Source: a virus. Taken from it: a stretch of 64,000 nt of DNA. The position numbers and the translations under genes were made by a program. Positions 46,971 through 54,911 of this stretch are shown in pieces. The DNA lies in the IMG/VR virus record IMGVR_UViG_3300024239_000017; one strand, given 5' to 3'. Below the pieces are notes generated by a model. The model ran no database searches. It saw only the letters and a list, made by a program, of their open reading frames with translations, and was not told where the DNA came from. The first letter of the stretch is position 1, and each line of letters begins with the position of its first letter.

Positions 46971-48833
46971 ATGGGATTCAGAATTAATTCACTTTATTTA
47001 AGTGATGGATATAAAGTTGGGCATAAAAGCATGTTAGCCCCAGGAACAACAAGATTATATGGTACATGGATACCTAGAAGTTTAAAACATGCCCCTAAAG
47101 GTATTAATAAAATAGTTACATTTTATTATCAAGCGGTTTGGAAAAGATTGAATGACGAATTTAATGAAAACTTTTTCTTTACAGCAGAAAGAAACCTTGC
47201 AATACTTGATGGAGATCAAGATAAATTTGAAGAATTGAAAGTTAATGCAATGGTTTTTGCAAAAGATATGTCCGATTATCTTGGTATGGACTATGACGGA
47301 AATCATTTTGGACAATTATGGGATATAGGTTATTTACCTATAAGAGTTAAAGCATTACCTGAAGGTATAGAAACTCTTCCTAACATTCCTCATATGACTT
47401 TTATCAACACTGTTAAAGGTTTTGGATGGCTTACTCTTTACTTAGAAACTATTGTAAGTAATCAAGCTTGGAAAGGTAGTACTTCTGCTACTATTGCTAA
47501 ATTATATCGTAGACAAGCAGAAGAATGGGTTAATAAAACAGATAAAGCTAATATTGGATTAGTAGATTGGATGTGCCATGATTTCTCTTCTAGAGGATTG
47601 TCTGGCGTAGATGATATGATTACTGTTGGATTGGGACACGCTACTTCTTTTAGAGGTTCTGATACATTAGTAACTATACCTGCTGCAAGATATTATTATA
47701 ATGAAACAGAAGTTTGTATTGGTTCTGTAAATGCATCTGAACACTCTGTATCTACAACTAAAATTTTCACTGTTGGTGAAAAGCAAATGATTATTGACTG
47801 GTTGAAAGAAATTCCAAATGGTATTTTTTCAATGGTTTGTGATACATTTAGTACTTGGCAATTTATTGAATATTTAAAGGATCCTGAGATTAAAGAACTA
47901 GTACTTAATCGTAATGGTAAATTAGTAGTAAGACCTGATTCAGGAGACCCCGCAGATATTATTTGTGGTAAAAAACCTAAGAAAAGAAAATATTTTGCAG
48001 AATATTCTGAAAACGATATAGAAGAATGGTTAGAAATTTCATCAGATGAAATGATAACTAATATATTAAATGATAAAGAATATATCTATGAATTAGATGA
48101 TTTCTTACCATCAATGAGTGGTGGAAGAGATTATACTCCTGATTTTAAAGATGGGCAAACATGTTATATAAAAATAGGTAATAGAGTAATCGCATTTGAA
48201 GTATATACAGGAGAATGTGTAGAAGCTACTTGGGCTCATACTATTAATGAAACAGATATAAAAAATCTGAGAGAAGTAGACCCAATAGAAAAAAATTCAC
48301 CCGAAGCAAAAGGAGTTGTAGAACTTCTTTGGGATATTTTTGGAGGAACAGTTAATGAACAAGGTTATAAAGTATTAGATCCTCATATCGGTGCCATTTA
48401 CGGTGATAGTATTACACCTGAAAGACAAGTAGATATTTATAAAAGACTATCTGAAAAAGGATTTGCATCAACAAATATAGTTTTAGGTATAGGTTCATTT
48501 ACATATGAATATATGACTAGAGATACTTTAGGTTTTGCTGCAAAAGGAGCATGGTTTGAAGTAGAAGGAGAAGGTAAGTGCAATTGTGGTCATACAATAG
48601 ACTGTGACTGTGTAAAACAATATGATATTTATAAAGACCCTATTACAGACGACGGTACTAAAAAATCATTAAAAGGATTTTTACAAGTATACAAAGATGA
48701 ACAAGGAGAATATAGAGTCAAAGAACAATGTACTGTTGAAGAAGAAAATACAGGAGAATTACAATTGATATTTGAAAATGGTAAATTCTTTAATCAAACA
48801 AGTTTAACAGAAATTAGAAATAGATTAAAATAA
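46971..48833 (+). CDS. Nicotinamide phosphoribosyltransferase-like protein (Namat/NadV)
   Basis: SDGYKVGH, HDFSSRG, ASEHSV, VRPDSGDP, IYGDSIT, KDPITDDGTKKS. Confidence 0.92.
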   Translation: MGFRINSLYLSDGYKVGHKSMLAPGTTRLYGTWIPRSLKHAPKGINKIVTFYYQAVWKRLNDEFNENFFFTAERNLAILDGDQDKFEELKVNAMVFAKDMSDYLGMDYDGNHFGQLWDIGYLPIRVKALPEGIETLPNIPHMTFINTVKGFGWLTLYLETIVSNQAWKGSTSATIAKLYRRQAEEWVNKTDKANIGLVDWMCHDFSSRGLSGVDDMITVGLGHATSFRGSDTLVTIPAARYYYNETEVCIGSVNASEHSVSTTKIFTVGEKQMIIDWLKEIPNGIFSMVCDTFSTWQFIEYLKDPEIKELVLNRNGKLVVRPDSGDPADIICGKKPKKRKYFAEYSENDIEEWLEISSDEMITNILNDKEYIYELDDFLPSMSGGRDYTPDFKDGQTCYIKIGNRVIAFEVYTGECVEATWAHTINETDIKNLREVDPIEKNSPEAKGVVELLWDIFGGTVNEQGYKVLDPHIGAIYGDSITPERQVDIYKRLSEKGFASTNIVLGIGSFTYEYMTRDTLGFAAKGAWFEVEGEGKCNCGHTIDCDCVKQYDIYKDPITDDGTKKSLKGFLQVYKDEQGEYRVKEQCTVEEENTGELQLIFENGKFFNQTSLTEIRNRLK

Positions 48834-48834
48834 A

Positions 48835-49779
48835 ATGAAACTTCCTTGGAATAAAGATAATAGTGTGAAATCAGTAAATATACCAGAAGGTGATAAATCT
48901 TTTGGTGATCTTATAATGGATAATTCAATCGAAATAAGGATTATAAATGAATTTTATTACAAAGTCTTAAGTTATCCAGATGGTAGTAAATATGTCAAAG
49001 TTTATAACATTTATAACGATTTAACTTTTAAAATTAATTCTTATGAAGATTTATGGATTTTAAATCAGATACATGACGTGGTTAAAAGTAAAGGTAGGTA
49101 TGTTACTGTAACAATACCTAATTTAATTGACGCTCAAGCAGATAGAAGATTCAATTCAGATGAATCTAGTGGATTAAAATTAGTTTGTAACTTTTTAAAT
49201 GGTCTTTCTAATTTCAATTATAAGATATTTCATCCACATAATCAAGAAGTAGTTGAAGCTTTATTAGATAGAGTTGAAATCATTGATAATTCCGAATTTA
49301 TAAATCAAGTAATATCTATTAAATTGAATGCAAGAATAGATAACTCGGTAAAAGATAATTTAATTTTAATGAGTTCTGATGCAGGAGGATTCAAACCCTT
49401 AATGAAATTAGCTGATAAACTTGCTTGGAGAGGTGAAACTTTCTCAGCGTCTAAATCTAGAAAATATGAAGAGGGTAAATCAAAATTACTTCAACAAATT
49501 GATAGACAGGACTTTAATGGAAAAGATATTCTCATAATAGATGATATATGTGTTTATGGGGGAACATTTAAAGGTCTTGCTAAAATGTTAAGAGAAAGAA
49601 ATTGTGGTAAATTATATTTAGCTGTAAGTCATATGACAGTTGAAAATTTAGGTGAAGATCCTGTAACTGATTACTTTGATATGGTTTATACTACTAATAG
49701 TAAATTTGAATTTTATGATAAACCAGAAAAATATCATGGAGACAGATTAGATAATTTAGAAATAATTAAATTGTTTTAA
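48835..49779 (+). CDS. Ribose-phosphate pyrophosphokinase-like protein (Adps-like)
   Basis: AQADRRF, FHPHN, SDAGG, LIIDDICVYGGTF. Confidence 0.88.
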   Translation: MKLPWNKDNSVKSVNIPEGDKSFGDLIMDNSIEIRIINEFYYKVLSYPDGSKYVKVYNIYNDLTFKINSYEDLWILNQIHDVVKSKGRYVTVTIPNLIDAQADRRFNSDESSGLKLVCNFLNGLSNFNYKIFHPHNQEVVEALLDRVEIIDNSEFINQVISIKLNARIDNSVKDNLILMSSDAGGFKPLMKLADKLAWRGETFSASKSRKYEEGKSKLLQQIDRQDFNGKDILIIDDICVYGGTFKGLAKMLRERNCGKLYLAVSHMTVENLGEDPVTDYFDMVYTTNSKFEFYDKPEKYHGDRLDNLEIIKLF

Positions 49780-49783
49780 TACA

Positions 49784-50110
49784 ATGGAAGAAAATAAAAA
49801 AGAAACACCTGTAGAATGGTTATTTCAACAATTATGGGATACTCCTAAAGATAAATTTACTTGGTATAATATTTTAAATAAAGCTTTAGAAAAAGAAAAA
49901 GAAGAAATTACAAATGCTTTTATTTGGGGAGAAACTAATGAATACCAAAAAGAACCAAAAATAGCTAAATCTTTACAACCTAAAAGATTTAAAAGAAATT
50001 CTTACAAAACTTATACTAGAATTAAAAATAAGTCTTTTAGAAGATTTTTAAATGCCAATTTTGAAGTAGGTAAAGAAATTTTAAAGAAAAGATATGGTTG
50101 GGAATTTTAA
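49784..50110 (+). CDS. Hypothetical protein
   Basis: TPVEWL...ALEKEKEEI. Confidence 0.6.
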   Translation: MEENKKETPVEWLFQQLWDTPKDKFTWYNILNKALEKEKEEITNAFIWGETNEYQKEPKIAKSLQPKRFKRNSYKTYTRIKNKSFRRFLNANFEVGKEILKKRYGWEF

Positions 50111-50122
50111 TATTAATATAAT

Positions 50123-50347
50123 ATGTCAAACAAGAAAATTTTAGAATTAATCCTAAATACAGCAGGATTTACTATGGAAAATTATGAACTTATTAAAGAT
50201 GGTTCAATGGTAGGTTATGAATTTGAAGCACATATTAATGGGCAATGTCAATTCCAAGTAGCAACAGATAGTTTTAAAGATGCTATTAGAGAAACTATAG
50301 AAGGTATATATTTTACAGACGACCTTACTTTTGATTATATATTTTAA
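50123..50347 (+). CDS. Hypothetical protein
   Basis: ORF. Confidence 0.6.
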   Translation: MSNKKILELILNTAGFTMENYELIKDGSMVGYEFEAHINGQCQFQVATDSFKDAIRETIEGIYFTDDLTFDYIF

Positions 50348-50366
50348 AAATAATAATTATAATATT

Positions 50367-50783
50367 ATGATACAAGAATTAGTAAAGCAATGGGAAGAAA
50401 ATAAACATGAACTTGAAAATTATTTCAGAACAACTAGACAAGAAGAGTATGCGTCAAGTTATAAACAAATATTGAAAAAAATATTTGAATTATGTTTATT
50501 GAAAGCAGATAATTACACAAATTTTGATTTAGATAAAATGACTGTAATTGACGACGGTGATTATCAAGGTACACAAATTTTTATTATACCTAAAAACACC
50601 TATCAACCAAGTGTAGGAGATTATGTAATGACAAATACTTATTATGGTAGTTGTTCAGGTTGTGACACACTTCAGGCAATCTGTGAGTATGAAAATGGTC
50701 TACCAACAGATGATCAAGTAAAAGGTTATATGACTCTTGCTTTACATTTAGTTCAAAAACTAAAATGGTTAGATAAAAATTAA
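50367..50783 (+). CDS. Conserved phage protein
   Basis: IDDGDYQGT...YGSCSGCDTL. Confidence 0.7.
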   Translation: MIQELVKQWEENKHELENYFRTTRQEEYASSYKQILKKIFELCLLKADNYTNFDLDKMTVIDDGDYQGTQIFIIPKNTYQPSVGDYVMTNTYYGSCSGCDTLQAICEYENGLPTDDQVKGYMTLALHLVQKLKWLDKN

Positions 50784-50822
50784 TTATTAAATTTAATTTT
50801 CAAAAATGGGGTCGCATCCAAA

Positions 50823-51276
50823 ATGAAACAAATAAAAGCAATACCAAAATTAGTTTTCGATAAACACTTTACTAATAAGGAGTTTGAATATTATGATTAC
50901 TCTTGTTTTATTTCAATACTTGATATTGATAATAATGAGCAAAAGTTTGATAAATCAATAGACAATTTTCTACAAGTAAAAATATGGGATATTGAAGAAG
51001 ATCTGTTTGAAAATGGTGAGTTAAAATATGAAAAACCAAATGATAAAGAACTAAAAAAAAATAGTTGATTTTATAAATAAACATAAGGATAAATCAGTAT
51101 TTATAGTTCATTGTTCTGCTGGGATTTCTCGAAGCGGTGCGGTTGCAATTTTTTTGTATGATAAATTTTTGTCAGAAATAGACAAAGAACAATTCAGAAG
51201 AGAAAATAAATACATAAGACCAAACCTTTATATTTTAAACAGATTGAAGTATTTAGATATTGTCGTTTTAGAATGA
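50823..51276 (+). pseudogene. Protein-tyrosine-phosphatase-like gene (CX5R) split by a +1 frameshift in an A9 run; cassette 1
   Basis: Second frame 51061-51276 reads IVDFINKHKDKSVFIVHCSAGISRSGAVA... Confidence 0.8.
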
Positions 51277-51277
51277 C

Positions 51278-51372
51278 GACTAACGGTTCGGGTATATATT
51301 CAGTACCCTTGCACCGAACTTAAAAATTTAATATAAACTTTAATAGGGTATTGTATATATACTTTGTTAGCA
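51278..51372 (+). repeat. attC-like site 1
   Basis: GACTAAC..GTATATATTCAGTACCCT..AGGGTATTGTATATATAC..GTTAGCA. Confidence 0.78.
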
Positions 51373-51385
51373 AACGTTAATTATT

Positions 51386-51634
51386 ATGGATGAAGTTAAA
51401 ATGTTTTTATTTGCAAGGTGGATTGCTACTTGCTATGCTGATACACATTTAGATAGTAAAATGAAATGTAAGCACGATGAAGGATTTAAAGAGTCAGAAG
51501 CAATCTCAGTTTTAAATAGAGAAACAGGATATTGGTATAAGGAACAATTAAAACATTTTAACGATGTCGTGTATCCGAACTACATTGAAAACGGAACAGT
51601 TGAAAATACGAAACAGTTCTTTAATGTTTGCTAA
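51386..51634 (+). CDS. Cassette 2 hypothetical protein
   Basis: Stop codon is the TAA of the next TAAC box. Confidence 0.7.
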   Translation: MDEVKMFLFARWIATCYADTHLDSKMKCKHDEGFKESEAISVLNRETGYWYKEQLKHFNDVVYPNYIENGTVENTKQFFNVC

Positions 51635-51759
51635 CGATTTGGTGTTTCTGAAGAACGGGCTACGGAAACTGAACTGACTAAATATAACTGAAATAACAAC
51701 TAAAATCGCAATAACAATAGATGTTTTTAAACCCGTTTTTTAGAAACATATTGTTAGCA
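51629..51759 (+). repeat. attC-like site 2
   Basis: TGCTAAC..TGTTTCTGAAGAACGGG..CCCGTTTTTTAGAAACA..GTTAGCA. Confidence 0.78.
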
Positions 51760-51776
51760 GCAGTAACACTAATTAT

Positions 51777-52064
51777 ATGGCACTTGATTTAGAAGAAATG
51801 AAAAAAAATATAGACGAGTTTTTAGCAAATATAACACAAGAGGAAATTAACAAATATTTTCCTCCTGATACTCGTCCAAAAGGTTGGTTAAGTATTGAAG
51901 AATATTTACCAATGATGTGTGCAATTGACATTGTACAGGGATATACACTTTATAAAGTGAAAGACAAGAATGGTAACGAATTTGAAAGTGCTGTATCAGA
52001 CCATAATAATTGGTATTACTACGCAAAAGAAGAAGGTATTACTCACTGGTGGAATGGAGAGTAG
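51777..52064 (+). CDS. Cassette 3 hypothetical protein (DUF551-like ends)
   Basis: WLSIEEYLP...ITHW. Confidence 0.7.
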   Translation: MALDLEEMKKNIDEFLANITQEEINKYFPPDTRPKGWLSIEEYLPMMCAIDIVQGYTLYKVKDKNGNEFESAVSDHNNWYYYAKEEGITHWWNGE

Positions 52065-52071
52065 TTATTGC

Positions 52072-52203
52072 TGCTAACGTTTTGCGTGTATAAGAAGTGG
52101 CGTAGAACGTGCCGAAGCATTACAAAAATTAAATAATTATAAATTAATAAATAACCAATCCAAAACTGCCGATAGTAGCCATTTTTTATACACGCTGTTA
52201 TCT
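52072..52203 (+). repeat. attC-like site 3
   Basis: TGCTAAC..GCGTGTATAAGAAGTGGC..GCCATTTTTTATACACGC..GTTATCT. Confidence 0.78.
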
Positions 52204-52233
52204 TTCAGTTGCGGGTTTTAAAAACAGAATATT

Positions 52234-52467
52234 ATGAACATTCAAGACGAATTACAGAAAATCCACCATCAGTATGGAACAAGCGAAAAAGCTAATTATG
52301 AAATACAAAAACTATTTGACAAACAAATTAGAGAAAGTGATTTTTTAGCGTGTCATTTTACTAAACATATTTTAAATATGCCAAATAATAAATTAGAGAG
52401 TAAAACAGTAAAAGAACATTACTCAGAGTTTAAAAAACGTTATTTAGAAGAAAATAGTAGCAATTGA
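52234..52467 (+). CDS. Cassette 4 hypothetical protein
   Basis: ORF filling the cassette. Confidence 0.65.
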   Translation: MNIQDELQKIHHQYGTSEKANYEIQKLFDKQIRESDFLACHFTKHILNMPNNKLESKTVKEHYSEFKKRYLEENSSN

Positions 52468-52597
52468 AGATAACGTTCGAGCATTGGCGAAGTGCAGACT
52501 AAGGATGCCGAACCTGAAAGGTTCAAGTCCGTGGCAAACGAAGGCAAATGCGACTATTAATAACTCAACTCTGCATTTTGCCAATGCTGTGTTATAC
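52468..52597 (+). repeat. attC-like site 4
   Basis: AGATAAC..AGCATTGGCGAAGTGCAGA..TCTGCATTTTGCCAATGCT..GTTATAC. Confidence 0.78.
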
Positions 52598-52667
52598 GAA
52601 GAAGTTTTTTAGCAAAGGCAATACGGCTGGAACAGACGTAAATATTAACAAAGAAATTATATAAATA

Positions 52668-52925
52668 ATGAAAACAATTACAGGATTTATTTTCGGATTA
52701 GTAATGGCAATTTTAATTTCAGCCACTACCATCAATACCAGTTTAATTACAACAAAACCAAATACTCCAAAATCTGTTTTAGTGAAAGGATTTGGATATA
52801 ATGAAGAAGAAGAAATTCAGCAATACGTTTCAGCTTGTACCAAAGACGGTTATGTTGTAAAATCGCTTAATGGTGGTGGTGGAAGTGGAGGAAGTTGGTG
52901 GTTTTTAGTGATGGAAAAATATTAA
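52668..52925 (+). CDS. Cassette 5 hypothetical protein with N-terminal TM segment
   Basis: Paralog of 39571-39792. Confidence 0.7.
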   Translation: MKTITGFIFGLVMAILISATTINTSLITTKPNTPKSVLVKGFGYNEEEEIQQYVSACTKDGYVVKSLNGGGGSGGSWWFLVMEKY

Positions 52926-53011
52926 AACACAACATTATAAAAAAAAGCGATGGCAAAAAACTTTTTTGTATAACACAAAAATAGACGCAATAAAAGTATT
53001 ACAAAAACACG

Positions 53012-53197
53012 ATGAAGCCTTTGTACACAGAAGTTTTTACGCTCAAAATTTCAAAGCAACAAAAACAGACTTTAGAGAAGTTGAAATCAAGAAATATAAA
53101 GGTTTCATCTTTTGTAAGAAAAGCAATTGCGGAGAAAATAGAGCGTGATTATGAAAATCTAAAAGAAAAACCTAAAAAAGAATATTGTCCTTTTTAA
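53012..53197 (+). CDS. Ribbon-helix-helix-like DNA-binding protein
   Basis: FTLKIS...LEKL....VSSFVRKAIAEKI. Confidence 0.6.
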   Translation: MKPLYTEVFTLKISKQQKQTLEKLKSRNIKVSSFVRKAIAEKIERDYENLKEKPKKEYCPF

Positions 53198-53235
53198 TTT
53201 AAAACTTCCCACTAGTAAGTAAGTGGAACTATATA

Positions 53236-53529
53236 ATGAACAAAAAAGAATTTTATAATGACAATGATAAAGCATTTTTTGATGCTGGATTTGAAAGAAC
53301 AGTTGATGATGAACTATTTCTATACTTTAAACAATTAATTTCTGAAGATGAAATTGAAAATCATGATTTAGAAGAGGAAGAAGTTCCAACACTTTTATTT
53401 GGAACCAATGGAATAAATAGTGGTTTTGCTATATATACAGGAACACATTTCATTTGGATTGATTCTGAAACACCTAAAGATGCAAGTGATTTTGCTGATA
53501 AAATATTATCATTTGACACAATATTTTGA
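53236..53529 (+). CDS. Hypothetical acidic protein
   Basis: ORF. Confidence 0.6.
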   Translation: MNKKEFYNDNDKAFFDAGFERTVDDELFLYFKQLISEDEIENHDLEEEEVPTLLFGTNGINSGFAIYTGTHFIWIDSETPKDASDFADKILSFDTIF

Positions 53530-53531
53530 AT

Positions 53532-54302
53532 ATGAAAAGATTTAAGTTATATAAAGTTGGGGGATGTGTAAGAGATTCTATATTAGGAGAATCTCCAAAA
53601 GACATTGATTTTGTTTTTGAATTTACACAGGATTTTCTAGATAGTGTTATAGGAAATGCCTCTGCAAACGTTTTATATATTACAATGAATAAAATGTTAG
53701 AACTAGAAGGTTTTACTATATTACAGGATTTACCAGATTATTTTACAACTAAAGCAAGATTTCCTAAAGGACATAAATATGAAAATTTAGTTGCAGATTT
53801 TGTAATGTGTAGAAAAGAAATTTATACAGATTCATATAGTAGAAGACCTATTGTTTCTCCTGGTACCATATATGACGATTTAGAGAGAAGAGATTTTAGA
53901 ATGAATGCTATTGCAGAAGATGAAGAAGGTAATATTATAGACCCTTTTAACGGTGTAGAAGATATTAAAAATAGGATAATAAGTTGTCCTAAAAATGCAA
54001 AACATTCTTTTTCAGAAGACCATCTTAGAATGCTAAGAGCAATAAGATTTTGTATAACTAAAGATTTTACTCTCGATGACGAGGTATGGGAAGCTTTATG
54101 TAATAAGAACTTTTGGACTAATTTACAATATCATGTTTCTATAGAAAGGATAAAAGACGAGTTATACAAGTGTTTTAAACATGATACTATTAGAACTATG
54201 AGATTGCTAATAGATATTGAATTTTTTGCAGAAATACTTATTTTAGAAAATATTTTCCCTGAAAAATTATGGTTAGAACCAACATTAAAAAGTAGAAAAT
54301 AA
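53532..54302 (+). CDS. cca: tRNA nucleotidyltransferase (class II CCA-adding enzyme)
   Basis: VGGCVRD..LG..PKDID, DLERRDF.MNAIA, ED.LRMLRAIRF, SIERI..E. Confidence 0.9.
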   Translation: MKRFKLYKVGGCVRDSILGESPKDIDFVFEFTQDFLDSVIGNASANVLYITMNKMLELEGFTILQDLPDYFTTKARFPKGHKYENLVADFVMCRKEIYTDSYSRRPIVSPGTIYDDLERRDFRMNAIAEDEEGNIIDPFNGVEDIKNRIISCPKNAKHSFSEDHLRMLRAIRFCITKDFTLDDEVWEALCNKNFWTNLQYHVSIERIKDELYKCFKHDTIRTMRLLIDIEFFAEILILENIFPEKLWLEPTLKSRK

Positions 54303-54901
54303 TGAACAATTTTTACAAATTAAAAAGTTATGTAGATAATCTTGAAGTAGATGATTTTCTATATATAGAAATTATGATTCGCAATAAAGATCAAAAAGAT
54401 AATATTGGTAAAAATAATAGAATTATAAAATCTTACAAAGTAGATATTTTAACAGATTTGAATAGATTAGAAGAAGATATTAAAAAGTTATGTAAAACTT
54501 TTAATGCTAGAGCATACATATATTTATCTCCTAGAAATAATGAAAAAGTATTTTCAGAAATGTTATTGTTAATGGCTAATTATAATAAGATGAAAAATTA
54601 TGATTCAATAAATAGAGTTTTTGATAAAGCATTAAAAAGTATAAAAGGTTCAATGAAACATTTTATAATTGATATAGACACTAAAGATCTACATTATATA
54701 ACAAATGTTAGAGAAGAAATAATAAATAGCGCTAAGTTAGATTCTATAGAAGCACCACTAATAGATATTTTTGAAACAAACAGTGGTTATCATATAATAA
54801 CTAAACCTTTTAATTATTACAAAACTTTTAAAGATAAATTTCCAGATATAGAAATACATAAAAATAATCCTACTTTACTTTATTATGATGGTAAAGTATA
54901 A
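54302..54901 (+). CDS. AEP (primase-polymerase)-like protein
   Basis: FIIDID and ETNSGYHII motifs. Confidence 0.45.
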   Translation: MNNFYKLKSYVDNLEVDDFLYIEIMIRNKDQKDNIGKNNRIIKSYKVDILTDLNRLEEDIKKLCKTFNARAYIYLSPRNNEKVFSEMLLLMANYNKMKNYDSINRVFDKALKSIKGSMKHFIIDIDTKDLHYITNVREEIINSAKLDSIEAPLIDIFETNSGYHIITKPFNYYKTFKDKFPDIEIHKNNPTLLYYDGKV

Positions 54902-54911
54902 AAAATAAATT

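Larger units (their letters stand above)
50810..52974 (+). mobile_element. Integron-like cassette array (five cassettes, four complete attC-like sites, no integrase in window)
   Basis: Single ORFs alternate with TAAC...palindrome...GTTA sites. Confidence 0.8.

Noticed and set aside
51278-52597. att-like hairpins as simple intrinsic terminators
   Set aside because: Loops of about 35-80 nt, no 3' U tract, and fixed TAAC/GTTA boxes with cassette-end complementarity.
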